Positions 10,026 through 19,262 of a DNA stretch of 64,000 nucleotides are shown in pieces. The notes under the pieces are model-generated. The model saw only the letters and a program-made list of their open reading frames with translations. It did no database searches and had not been told where the DNA came from. Where the stretch lies: the NCBI GenBank assembly GCA_040767805.1, contig JAXGNU010000001.1:64001-128000 (forward strand), read 5' to 3'. The number at the start of each line of letters is the position of its first letter. Within the stretch, counting starts at the first letter, position 1. The DNA is from Thermovirgaceae bacterium (GTDB taxonomy: Bacteria; Synergistota; Synergistia; Synergistales; Thermovirgaceae). A program made the position numbers and the translations under genes.

Positions 10026-11021
10026 TCACGACTTGACAATACCAAAGGGGGTTTTACAGCGAGGGCATGCCCCGTCACCGGAAAGATGGGTTTTCACCCT
10101 CCCGGAGTGATCCCTTTCTATGAGAAGTGCTCCACAGGCGGGGCAGAAGGTATTCTCCCTGCGTGGCAGGTTCCCGGCGTAGACATGGTCGAGAGCCCTC
10201 GAGGCTATCTCCTCCCGCGCCTCGATGTCGGACAGGGCTGTGGGTGGCCGGTCCCAGTGGTAAGCCGGGAAGTACCTCGATATATGAAGGGGAATCCTCC
10301 TTGAAAGGCCGGCGATCCAAAGCACCATACTTTCAAACTCTTCCAAGGAATCGTTGACCCCCGGCACGACGAGGTGGGTTATCTCCACGTGGACCGATCT
10401 TTCGACGGCGATCCTTACCGTGCGCAGCACCGGGTCAAGGGTTCCTCCGACCTTGGCGTAGGAGCGGTCGGAAAAACCCTTCAGGTCCACGTTCATGGCA
10501 TCTACCTGGGGGATGAGGTCCTCCAACGGTTTTTGGGATATATAGCCGTTGGTCACGAGGACGACCCCTCGGCCCGCCTTTTTCAGCGCTTGGGAGGTAT
10601 CTTTGACGAACTCGTACCATACGGTGGGTTCGTTGTAGGTGAAGGCCACCGACGGGGTGCCCCTTTCCTCGGAAAGGCGGAGCGCCTCCCCCGGTGTGAT
10701 CTCGGAAAGGCCGGCGACCGTTTCAAAACGGGAGAGGTGGTAGTTCTGGCAGAAAGGGCAGAAAAGGTTACAACCCACCGTTCCCAGGGAGAGGATGCTG
10801 CTGCCGGGTTTCCAGTGATAAAGTGGCTTTTTCTCGATGGGGTCCACGGCGACACAGGCCAAACCGTAATTCAGGGTGAAGAGGGCTCCCGCGACATTCT
10901 TCCTGACACCGCAGGCCCCAAGGTCGCCGGGCCGAATAAGGCACTCCCTGGGGCAAAGAAGACAGCGGACTTCTTCTCCGGCGGCCGTCCAGAAAAGAGC
11001 GGGCCTTTCCATGGTTAACAA
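10026..11021 (-). CDS. amrS: AmmeMemoRadiSam system radical SAM enzyme
   Basis: N-terminal CxxCPxxC, DPIEKKPLYH, CNLFCPFCQN (CxxxCxxC), FTYNEP, C-terminal CxxC zinc ribbon. Confidence 0.93.
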   Translation of the reverse strand: MLTMERPALFWTAAGEEVRCLLCPRECLIRPGDLGACGVRKNVAGALFTLNYGLACVAVDPIEKKPLYHWKPGSSILSLGTVGCNLFCPFCQNYHLSRFETVAGLSEITPGEALRLSEERGTPSVAFTYNEPTVWYEFVKDTSQALKKAGRGVVLVTNGYISQKPLEDLIPQVDAMNVDLKGFSDRSYAKVGGTLDPVLRTVRIAVERSVHVEITHLVVPGVNDSLEEFESMVLWIAGLSRRIPLHISRYFPAYHWDRPPTALSDIEAREEIASRALDHVYAGNLPRRENTFCPACGALLIERDHSGRVKTHLSGDGACPRCKTPFGIVKS

Positions 11022-11593
11022 TTCCTCTCCAGGTCGGCCTCTGAAAACCGGCTCACCTTAAACCGGGATATGACGACCCCCTCCCCTCGCCCAATCCCCG
11101 CTTTCCTCATGGCGATGGAGATCTGCCGCTCCACGGTGTCCACGCCTTCCAGGTCGGGCAGGAGAACCCCTTTTCTCCCCCCCCTCTCGACGATCACCCC
11201 GTAAAGGGAGGGGTCAAGGTCGGAGAGGTCTTCGATCGGGGCAGGTTCATCCAGGATATCCACCGAAACGAGGCATGCCGCCGTCTCGCCGGGCTCGAGG
11301 GGGGGAAACCTTGGGTCTTCCGAGGCGGCTGCCCGGGCGTTGGCCACGATCTCTTCCCAGAGGTTCTCCCGGACGGGACGGACGGTTCCGATGCACCCCC
11401 TCAACTCACCAAGGGGGCCCTTTTTTATTGATACGAAGCAACCTCGCCTCACGGTCATTTCCGGCATCGCGCAGTATTTGCCCCTATCGATATAAAGAAA
11501 GGGGTCCAGCCTGGAGGCCGTCAGGCAGACCGCTCTCTTCGCCAGGAGGACATAGGGGTGAGGACTGGGCCTTTCACCCCTGGGGGCTCCCAT
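11015..11593 (-). CDS. amrA: AmmeMemoRadiSam system protein A (AMMECR1 family)
   Basis: GCFVSI, LRGCIGT, EDPRFPP, GVLLPDL; ATG at 11593 with GGAGGTG SD, TGATG overlap with the upstream gene. Confidence 0.92.
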   Translation of the reverse strand: MGAPRGERPSPHPYVLLAKRAVCLTASRLDPFLYIDRGKYCAMPEMTVRRGCFVSIKKGPLGELRGCIGTVRPVRENLWEEIVANARAAASEDPRFPPLEPGETAACLVSVDILDEPAPIEDLSDLDPSLYGVIVERGGRKGVLLPDLEGVDTVERQISIAMRKAGIGRGEGVVISRFKVSRFSEADLERNC

Positions 11594-12402
11594 CAGGACA
11601 CCTCCCCCAAACACTCCAGGAGCGCGGAGGCGTAGCCGACGCCGAAAGGAGCCTCGTAGGACAGGAACCTGACCTCATCGCCCATGGAAAGCCCTATAAG
11701 CGCAAGCACTGATCGCAGTCCGCACTCGCCGGCGTTCTGAATGACCGCCCCTGGAAGATTGAAAATGGGGTCCGGCGACGACGCCTGGAGAGCTTCCACG
11801 ATCGACCGGTCGAGCACTTGCCCGTCAGGGTGAAAACCTGAAGGAGCGCTCTTTGTCAGCCTGTGGGAGAGGTCCCCGCTCGCGAGAAGCCCCCATCTCT
11901 TTTCGGAAGAATAGCCCCTTAGGAACCTCCCCAGTTCGAAGGCTTGCCTGTAGTCCATCGTCACGGGGTTGACCAGTACCATGGAAGGAATCGTGCCCAG
12001 GAGTGGGAGTAAGAGGTGGAGCGACACAACCGCGGCGTAATCCAGGTCATGCACGCCGGGCCTGTAGATCCTCGAAGGGAAGTGGGGTTGAAGGTACGAA
12101 AAAAGCCTGTCGCCCTCCTCCCCCGCCCCCGGCAAGGATAGGGATACCGAACGGGCCCCGAATTCGCCCAAGTCTCCCACGAACCGGTCAGCGTTGACAA
12201 AGGTCAAGGTCCTTTCGGTAGCGGCATGAGGGTCGAGGACCAGGAGGAGGTCGGGAGCGAGTCTTTTAAGGCTTTCATCCAGGGACTTCAAAGCCTCAAG
12301 GGTTTTCCCGGTCTGGGCTCCGGACCTTGCCGCCACTTCCGGGACGAGGATCGGTGCATGGGGCAGAAGGAAGCCCATCGTCCACAAGGCAATCCCTCCC
12401 AT
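11593..12402 (-). CDS. Memo/LigB-like (class III extradiol dioxygenase fold) protein, AmmeMemoRadiSam B-like component
   Basis: PHAP, DPH, ASGDLSH, AGECG, SYEAPFGVGY. Confidence 0.85.
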   Translation of the reverse strand: MGGIALWTMGFLLPHAPILVPEVAARSGAQTGKTLEALKSLDESLKRLAPDLLLVLDPHAATERTLTFVNADRFVGDLGEFGARSVSLSLPGAGEEGDRLFSYLQPHFPSRIYRPGVHDLDYAAVVSLHLLLPLLGTIPSMVLVNPVTMDYRQAFELGRFLRGYSSEKRWGLLASGDLSHRLTKSAPSGFHPDGQVLDRSIVEALQASSPDPIFNLPGAVIQNAGECGLRSVLALIGLSMGDEVRFLSYEAPFGVGYASALLECLGEVS

Positions 12403-12534
12403 AAGTTTTCCAAAAGGCTCTTTTCATGTATTATGACAGCAGGAGTCGTTTTTTTCCATCAGGACACCACACTTTCAAGGAGCGTCCCCTCGATGAAGCA
12501 AAGCGGGATGGCCCCGGGGAGATAGGAGGGTCTG

Positions 12535-12963
12535 GTGAAAAGGGTCAGCCGGCAGGAGGGATTCTCCTCGATAATGGAGATGATCTCCGAGATCGAGGAA
12601 ATGGTTGAACGTTTAGGTTACCCGCAAAGGGTGCCCGGGGGGGAAGAATCCCCCAAAGGGCCTGTGTCCTGGGCGGTGGCCAATGTCCTGTCGCTGCCCC
12701 TATCCCAGGCCGCCAGGATTCTCCTGATTTCGTCCCTTCTCGGGAGCGACGGCCGTGACGTTGATTGTCGCTTCAACGAACTCGCCTCTCTTTCCGGCCT
12801 TTCCGAGAGGACGGCTTACAGGGCTCTCAAGGAGATAAAGGAATCGGGCTTCTTCGAGATACAGGTTACCCCGGGCAGCGGCGTCAGGATATCGGCTGGG
12901 TGGTTGTGGGATGAGCCCAGGGAAAGGGCGAGGGATTTCTTCCAGAAAGCTGCCTTAAGATAG
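12535..12963 (+). CDS. Hypothetical protein with C-terminal winged helix-turn-helix
   Basis: AGGAGG SD before GTG; ELASLSGLSERTAYRALKEIKESGFFEI is HTH-like and is followed by a beta-wing; fills the gap between amrB-like and queA. Confidence 0.7.
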   Translation: MKRVSRQEGFSSIMEMISEIEEMVERLGYPQRVPGGEESPKGPVSWAVANVLSLPLSQAARILLISSLLGSDGRDVDCRFNELASLSGLSERTAYRALKEIKESGFFEIQVTPGSGVRISAGWLWDEPRERARDFFQKAALR

Positions 12964-12980
12964 ATCCCTGGACGGGCCTT

Positions 12981-14078
12981 TCAGAGAATGATCATGGCGT
13001 CCCCGAAGGAAAAGAAGCGGTATCGCCTTTCAATGGCTTCATTGTAAGCCCTCATGACGAGTTCCTTCCCGGCGAAAGCGCAGACCAGCATGAGCAGGGT
13101 GCTCCTGGGAAGGTGGAAGTTCGTGATCATGGCATCGATGACCCGGAACCGGTAGCCGGGGTAAAAAAAGGCATCGGTGCTGAATGAACCCGGTATCACC
13201 CCGCCCTCCTCCGTAACCCGGCTCTCAAGGGCCCTCACCACCGTTGTGCCCACGGCTATGACCCTGCCTCCCGCTTCTTTCGTCTCCTTGACAGCCAAAG
13301 CTGTATCACCGGGGATTGAACATTCCTCGATGTGCATCCTGTGCATCCTGATGTCCTCTTCTTCGACGGGCCTGAAGGTTCCCAACCCCACGTTCAAGGT
13401 TATCCTGGCCAACCTGATCCCCCTGGACGTGATCCCTTCGACCAGGTCCGGAGTGAAGTGCAATCCCGCCGTCGGGGCGGCCACCGAACCCTCCCGCGTC
13501 CCGTAGACCGTCTGGTACCTCTCGGGATCGATGAAAGGGTTGTGTACGTAGGGAGGAAAGGGCATCTCGCCGGTCTCTTCCATTAGGCCCCAGACGTCGG
13601 TACCCGGGGGAAAGCGACAGATCCTTGCGCCCTGACCGCACCCCTCCCCGATAACGATCTCGATTCCGCCGTCGAGGATCAAGCGCTGTCCTGGTTTGAC
13701 CCGCCTACCGGGCCTGATGAGGGTTTCCCAAAGGACGGACCTCTCCCCCTCCAAGGGCCTGAGAAGGAAAACTTCGACCCGGGCGCCGCCGCCTGGCTTT
13801 ACTGCATGCAGGCGGGCCTTGACAACCCTCGTGTCGTTCAGTACCAAGAGGTCCGTCCCCTGGAGGTAACAAGCGATCTCCCGGAAGGTCCGATGCATGA
13901 TCGTGCCCGAGTTACGGTCCACCACCATGAGCCTCGACGAATCCCTGGGCTCCGCCGGGGTCTGGGCGATCATGGATTTGGGGAGGGTATAATGATAAGC
14001 ACTGGTATCGAAGGGGTTTTCGACCCCCACGGGAGGCCCTTCGGGTGGGGTCACCCCCTCTAGGTACCGCCTATCCAT
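12981..14078 (-). CDS. queA: S-adenosylmethionine:tRNA ribosyltransferase-isomerase
   Basis: IAQTP..PRDSSRL, NDTRV, YQTVY, AAPTAGLHF, TNFHLP, YRFFSFGD. Confidence 0.96.
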   Translation of the reverse strand: MDRRYLEGVTPPEGPPVGVENPFDTSAYHYTLPKSMIAQTPAEPRDSSRLMVVDRNSGTIMHRTFREIACYLQGTDLLVLNDTRVVKARLHAVKPGGGARVEVFLLRPLEGERSVLWETLIRPGRRVKPGQRLILDGGIEIVIGEGCGQGARICRFPPGTDVWGLMEETGEMPFPPYVHNPFIDPERYQTVYGTREGSVAAPTAGLHFTPDLVEGITSRGIRLARITLNVGLGTFRPVEEEDIRMHRMHIEECSIPGDTALAVKETKEAGGRVIAVGTTVVRALESRVTEEGGVIPGSFSTDAFFYPGYRFRVIDAMITNFHLPRSTLLMLVCAFAGKELVMRAYNEAIERRYRFFSFGDAMIIL

Positions 14079-14079
14079 C

Positions 14080-15462
14080 TCAATCGGACGTCCTGGATAG
14101 TACTGTGCCGGGGAAGTAATGTTTTAGGATCCTTTTGTAATCCCAGCCGGCTTCCGCCAGGCTTTTCGCGCCCCATTGGGAAAGGCCCACGCCATGGCCC
14201 CACCCCCGGCCGGTGAAGGTGACCCTGCCGCCGGTGAAGGACTGGACGGGTGAGGAGGCCTTCACTGGCGCGACTACCCCACTCTGCTTTTCCAGGGCTT
14301 TTCTCAGGTAAAAACCCCTTCTATGGGGTTTGATGAGCATATCCATTAACTCCTCGGTATTGAATACACCCTGTTGGGTGAAAGCGATGAGCATTTGTTC
14401 GTCCTTCGGGGTTAAAGGAGGGCTTTCTTGACCCCCAGACCCAGGAGCGCTAAGGGGTACGGTGGCCGGAGCACCCGGAGGATTCCCACCAATAGTGAAG
14501 AAGGTGCTCCTTATCCTGTCGGGCCCGATCATTGTCCTGAACTGGCTCGCCTTTATGGTGGTCTGGCCTCCCGTCCCGGTCAAGGTGAGGTTCACCGCGC
14601 GGCCGGCGCTGTCCTTGGAGGAAACGGCGATGCCCGTCAGGTTCCCTACCCTGACCCCCTTCGAGGCCAGGATCCCCTGTATTTCGGAAAGGGCCATGGA
14701 AGTCTGCCAGTTCGAGTAAGGAGACTGGTACTTCTGGGGCTCCGGCTTCCCTACCAGGTAGGGAATGCTCGAACCCCATACGGAGGAGACGTCGGCGGTG
14801 TGGCCGCCGCTGTCAGCGTGGTAAAAGGTGGCGGCGTAAGCCCCCTGGTACTTCAGGACAATGCCCCTGGTCAGGTCCACGGCTTTTGAAAGGACCGGGT
14901 CCTCGGCATTGACCCCCCTGTAAACCTGGCAATGGTTCAGGGCGCAGAGGTCAAAACCACCGCTTCCGTGCCGGTTTTTGTTTCGCAGGGCATAGGTTCT
15001 AGCGATTATGGCCTGAGCTTTCAAGGATTCCAGGGGCCAGGCGGGGTTCACTTCCATCTTCAGGACGCCCTTCAGGTAATCCTCGATGCCCAGAACGTTG
15101 ATCACGTTGAACGCCCCGCCCTGTTGGGCCAGCTTGAAGTGGCCGCGGTAGGGCCTGTTATTCCATTTCATCAGGGCGTTGCCGCTGATGATCACGGGAA
15201 GCTTCAGCTTCACGGAACCGGCGCGGATGACACCCGGGGAGACGGCTTCTATCGAAACGCTCGATCGGAAGGAAGCCTTGCCACCGGAAGCGCTCTTGAG
15301 GGAGACCTGGCCGCCGGGGGCGGAAAAAACGGCCTTGCCGGCACCCACGGACAGCCCCACCGAAACGGTCGTTGGGGAAGCCTGGGCGGAAAGGGGCGAA
15401 AGCAAAAGGATTATGGCCGCGAAAAAGGACGCCGTGAACATCCTTGAAATGGGATTAGTCAT
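14080..15462 (-). CDS. SpoIID/LytB-domain peptidoglycan lytic transglycosylase
   Basis: Signal peptide, EDYLKGVL.ME, KAQAIIARTY, CQVY, GWGHGVGLSQWGA. Confidence 0.9.
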   Translation of the reverse strand: MTNPISRMFTASFFAAIILLLSPLSAQASPTTVSVGLSVGAGKAVFSAPGGQVSLKSASGGKASFRSSVSIEAVSPGVIRAGSVKLKLPVIISGNALMKWNNRPYRGHFKLAQQGGAFNVINVLGIEDYLKGVLKMEVNPAWPLESLKAQAIIARTYALRNKNRHGSGGFDLCALNHCQVYRGVNAEDPVLSKAVDLTRGIVLKYQGAYAATFYHADSGGHTADVSSVWGSSIPYLVGKPEPQKYQSPYSNWQTSMALSEIQGILASKGVRVGNLTGIAVSSKDSAGRAVNLTLTGTGGQTTIKASQFRTMIGPDRIRSTFFTIGGNPPGAPATVPLSAPGSGGQESPPLTPKDEQMLIAFTQQGVFNTEELMDMLIKPHRRGFYLRKALEKQSGVVAPVKASSPVQSFTGGRVTFTGRGWGHGVGLSQWGAKSLAEAGWDYKRILKHYFPGTVLSRTSD

Positions 15463-15492
15463 GAGGGCTCTCTCCCTTCCCGGTTTTTCCTG

Positions 15493-16560
15493 TCATTTCG
15501 GTTCCCCCGTCCCTTCATCTATCAGTGCCAGGAGGCCCTGGTCGTTCAACGCATCCCCGGGGGGTCTCCTCCCAAGGCGGGAAAAACCGTTTACCGTGGC
15601 CCTTCTTCCCCTTGGAGTCCTTTCAATAAAACCCTTCTGGATAAGGAAGGGTTCATAGATATCTTCTATAGTCTGGCTTTCCTCGTTCAGGGCCGCCGAT
15701 AGGGTGGAAAGCCCGACCGGGCCTCCCCCAAACAGGTCTACCAGGGCCCGGAGGTACCTCCTGTCGCGCTCGTCCATGCCTTCGGAGTCGACGCCCAGCA
15801 TCTCCAGGGCGGTTTTGGCAAGTGCCAGGTCTATCCCTGGGGCGCACCTGACTTCGGCCACATCGCGAACCCTCCGTAAAAGCCGTAGCGCCACCCGGGG
15901 GGTGCCCCTGGCGCTTTTCGCGATAGCCAGGGCGGCCTCGGGATTTATCGTCACCGAAAGGAGCCTGGAGCCCCTGGCGACGATCTGGGAAATATCCTCC
16001 GGGGTGTAGAGCTCCAGTTGTTCGACAATGCCGAACCTCGCCCGCAACGGGGAAGTGAGCAGGCCCAGGCGGGTCGTGGCGCCGATGAGGGTGAAGGGGG
16101 GTATCTGGAGCCTGATGTTCCTGGCGAGGGGCCCCTTCCCAACGATGATGTCAAGGGAAAAGTCCTCCATCCCGGGGTAGAGAACTTCTTCGATAGCCGG
16201 CGAGAGGCGGTGGATCTCGTCGATAAAAAGCACATCCCGGGGTTGGAGGTTTGAAAGGATGGCAGCCAGGTCACCGGTCCTCTCAAGGGCGGGTCCCGAT
16301 GTGACGCGGAACTGCCCCTGCATCTCGTTGGCGATGATGCCTGCAAGGGTCGTCTTACCAAGCCCGGGAGGCCCGTAAAACAGGCAATGGTCGAGGGGCT
16401 CGCCTCTTTTCCGGGCGGCCTGGATATAGATCTCCAGCTTGCTTTTGAGCTCGTTCTGTCCTATGAACTCGTCGAGCCTCGCTGGGCGGAAACCCGAAAG
16501 TTCCTCTTCCGGTCCCTCGCTGTCCATAACAGGGTAGATATTATCGTCCTGATCCCTCAA
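15493..16560 (-). CDS. ruvB: Holliday junction branch migration helicase RuvB
   Basis: [26 protein letters not shown]. Confidence 0.97.
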   Translation of the reverse strand: MRDQDDNIYPVMDSEGPEEELSGFRPARLDEFIGQNELKSKLEIYIQAARKRGEPLDHCLFYGPPGLGKTTLAGIIANEMQGQFRVTSGPALERTGDLAAILSNLQPRDVLFIDEIHRLSPAIEEVLYPGMEDFSLDIIVGKGPLARNIRLQIPPFTLIGATTRLGLLTSPLRARFGIVEQLELYTPEDISQIVARGSRLLSVTINPEAALAIAKSARGTPRVALRLLRRVRDVAEVRCAPGIDLALAKTALEMLGVDSEGMDERDRRYLRALVDLFGGGPVGLSTLSAALNEESQTIEDIYEPFLIQKGFIERTPRGRRATVNGFSRLGRRPPGDALNDQGLLALIDEGTGEPK

Positions 16561-16569
16561 AGGAGCACC

Positions 16570-17172
16570 TCAACTTTTTCTCAATTCGCCCAGGGCGTCG
16601 CGAAGAAGCTGTTCAGGACCCTCCGGGTCTTTTAGCGCCAGTATCTTCGCCAAGGCGGGCCTGGCCTCGCTCCGGGTGAAGCCCAGGGAGCTGAGGGCTT
16701 CGTAAACGAACTGGACCGTATCAGCCGACTCGGGGGAGACCGTTGAGACGAGGCTCTTGAACCCGGAGTGTTCTATCTGTTGGCGGAGTTCGAAACAGAG
16801 CCTCTCCGACGTCTTCTTGCCCACGCCGGGGACCTGGCACAGGAGGTGGCTGTTACCGGTGGCTATAGCGTTTATTATGTCGCTGAAGTCTAGGGTCCTC
16901 AGGATCGTCGTGGCCAGGCGGGGCCCGATGCCCCTGACCTTGAGGAGAAGCTGGAAGAGCACCCTCTCCTCTTCGTCGCTGAAACCGAACAGCAAGGGCC
17001 CCGATTCGCTGACCTGGAGGGAGGTGAGGACTTTCATCCTTTGACCCGAGACGGCGTCCCTCAACACGCTCTTGGAGCAAAGGAGAAAAAAGCCCAGGCC
17101 GCCCACTTCCAGGTCAATACCATCGGGCGATATGCCGGAAATAACGCCTTCGAGGCTGTGAAGCAAGGTCAA
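16570..17172 (-). CDS. ruvA: Holliday junction branch migration protein RuvA
   Basis: LFGF, two HhH motifs (GIGPR, PGVGKKTSER), C-terminal ALSSLGF. Confidence 0.95.
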   Translation of the reverse strand: MTLLHSLEGVISGISPDGIDLEVGGLGFFLLCSKSVLRDAVSGQRMKVLTSLQVSESGPLLFGFSDEEERVLFQLLLKVRGIGPRLATTILRTLDFSDIINAIATGNSHLLCQVPGVGKKTSERLCFELRQQIEHSGFKSLVSTVSPESADTVQFVYEALSSLGFTRSEARPALAKILALKDPEGPEQLLRDALGELRKS

Positions 17173-17672
17173 TCACCACTCTTCGTCTTCATCCGGAAAC
17201 CCGACATAGCCAGCCCGGTGACGGCAATGGCAAGGGCATCGGCGGCGTCGTCCTGGCGGGGAATGCTCTCAAGTTGCAGGATCCGGAAGATCATTTTTTG
17301 GACCTGTGACTTTTCCGCCCGGCCGTTACCGCAGACGGCCAGTTTCACTTCCGATGGTTTCGGTTGGACCACCGGGATCCCGTGCCTCGCGGCGAGAAAA
17401 AGTACCACGCCCCTGACCTGGAAGACGTTCTCCGCCGTCGTGGTATTCCTTCCGAAAAAAAGACGTTCCACCGAAAGCAACTCGGGGTTGGTCCGCTCGA
17501 TCAGGGGACACAGCCCTTCATGGATCTGGAGGATCCTCGCCTCGACCGGGGCCCTGGGGTCCGTCATTATGCACCCGAACTCACCGGCACTCAAGATGCT
17601 CCTTTCCTCTATGGCAATCCCGTAACCGAGCCTTCCCAAGCCAGGGTCTATCCCGAGACAGGTACGCCGCAT
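17169..17672 (-). CDS. ruvC: Crossover junction endodeoxyribonuclease RuvC
   Basis: LGIDPG, VERLFF, GNGRAEK, DDAADALA. Confidence 0.96.
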   Translation of the reverse strand: MRRTCLGIDPGLGRLGYGIAIEERSILSAGEFGCIMTDPRAPVEARILQIHEGLCPLIERTNPELLSVERLFFGRNTTTAENVFQVRGVVLFLAARHGIPVVQPKPSEVKLAVCGNGRAEKSQVQKMIFRILQLESIPRQDDAADALAIAVTGLAMSGFRMKTKSGD

Positions 17673-17677
17673 CCCGA

Positions 17678-18430
17678 TCAGCCTGCTATCTCTTCCATGA
17701 TCTCATCGGGTATATCGAAATTAGCGTATACGTTCTGCACATCGTCATGTTCCTCCAGGGCCTCAAGGAAGCGGAGCAGTTTTTCCGCCTCTTCTCTCCC
17801 CGTCACGGGTACCGTGTTCTTCGGGAGGTTATCGATCTCGAAACCTTCGACCACGTACCCTGCCTCCTCGAGAGATCCTCTTACCGAGGACATGGCGGCG
17901 GGCTCGCAGTAAATCGAGTAACCTTCCCCGTTGTCCTCGAGGTCATCAGCCCCGGCTTCCAGGCACACCGCCAGGAGTTGCTCCTCATCCAGGTCCTTCC
18001 CCGATACCCTGATCACGCCTGTGCGTTGAAAGATCCAGGAGACGCAACCGGCTTCCCCCAGGGAACCTCCCGACCGGCTGAACAGGAAGCGCATCTCCGA
18101 GGCGGTCCTGTTCTTGTTGTCCGTCAGCGCCTCCACCAGGACGGCGACCCCTCCGATCCCGTACCCCTCGTAGGTGATCTCGTCATAGTTGACGCCTTCC
18201 ATGTCACCGGAGCCTTTTTTTATCGCCTTTTCTATGGTATCCACCGGTACGTTGGCCGCCCTGGCGCGCTCGATGGCTGATTTAAGGCGGGTGTTCATTG
18301 CGGGGTCGGGTCCTCCCTCTTTGGAGGCGACCATCACGGCCTTGATGTACTTCTGGAACTCCTTACCCCTCTTTGCGTCCTGGGCAGATTTCCTATGCTT
18401 GATATTCGCCCATTTTGAATGTCCTGCCAT
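17678..18430 (-). CDS. yebC: YebC/PmpR family protein
   Basis: MAGHSKWANIKHRK, YEGYG, TDNKNRT, DDVQNVY. Confidence 0.97.
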   Translation of the reverse strand: MAGHSKWANIKHRKSAQDAKRGKEFQKYIKAVMVASKEGGPDPAMNTRLKSAIERARAANVPVDTIEKAIKKGSGDMEGVNYDEITYEGYGIGGVAVLVEALTDNKNRTASEMRFLFSRSGGSLGEAGCVSWIFQRTGVIRVSGKDLDEEQLLAVCLEAGADDLEDNGEGYSIYCEPAAMSSVRGSLEEAGYVVEGFEIDNLPKNTVPVTGREEAEKLLRFLEALEEHDDVQNVYANFDIPDEIMEEIAG

Positions 18431-18436
18431 CGTTTT

Positions 18437-19198
18437 TCACCCCTGTTCAACCCAACTACCCTTCCCGATCAGGCAGGCCGGCGGGAAAACCCTCTTATGA
18501 GAGGTTCGCTCGATAGCCCTTTCGATCACTTCGAGACTTCCGGGCGATGCCGTGCCGGTGGCCAAGTACCTGTCGATCTCTGAATAACTGACTCCCATCT
18601 CGCCCTCGTCGGTCTGGCCGGGCCAGAGGCCAGCTGAGGGAGGTTTTTTTATGATATCCGGAGGCACTCCGAGTTCTTCCGCTAACTGGTTGACCTCGCC
18701 CTTGAGAAGATCGCCCAGGGGGAGCACGTCCACTCCCGAATCGGCGTGCTTTGTGAAATAACCCATGGCCATTTCCGCCTTGTTAGTCGTTCCGCATACG
18801 AGAAGCCTTTTTTTTTGGCCCAGGCAATAAAGAGTTGTCATCCTGAGCCTGGGTTTGACGTTGGAGAGATGGATCCCGTCCCCCTCTGTTATTTCAACGG
18901 GGAACGAACCAACGAGGGCGTCATAGACCTTGCCAAGGTCAACCCTGATCCAGGGGAGGTCGAAGGCTTCCACCACTTTCAAGGCGTCCAGGTGGTCTTC
19001 CTCAGCGCTGTGACAAGGCATCATGACCGCGAGCATCCTGTCGCCGCAGACCATCTTCAGGAGGGCCGCGACCACGGCCGAATCTACGCCGCCGCTCAAC
19101 CCCACTATCCCTCCGGATCTCCCGGAGTCGAGGATCTGTTTCTTCAGCCAGGAAGAGATGGTATTCACGAGGAAAGCAGGGTCGCGGTAATAATCCAT
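18437..19198 (-). CDS. nadE: Single-domain (NH3-dependent type) NAD+ synthetase
   Basis: GLSGGVDS, NVKPRLRM, GYFTKH.D, KPPSAGLW.GQTDE. Confidence 0.95.
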   Translation of the reverse strand: MDYYRDPAFLVNTISSWLKKQILDSGRSGGIVGLSGGVDSAVVAALLKMVCGDRMLAVMMPCHSAEEDHLDALKVVEAFDLPWIRVDLGKVYDALVGSFPVEITEGDGIHLSNVKPRLRMTTLYCLGQKKRLLVCGTTNKAEMAMGYFTKHADSGVDVLPLGDLLKGEVNQLAEELGVPPDIIKKPPSAGLWPGQTDEGEMGVSYSEIDRYLATGTASPGSLEVIERAIERTSHKRVFPPACLIGKGSWVEQG

Positions 19199-19262
19199 GA
19201 GGCCACGCTCCGTAAGACCTTTTTTAGGATCGCTCCAACAATAATTCTAACACAGGCTTTCT

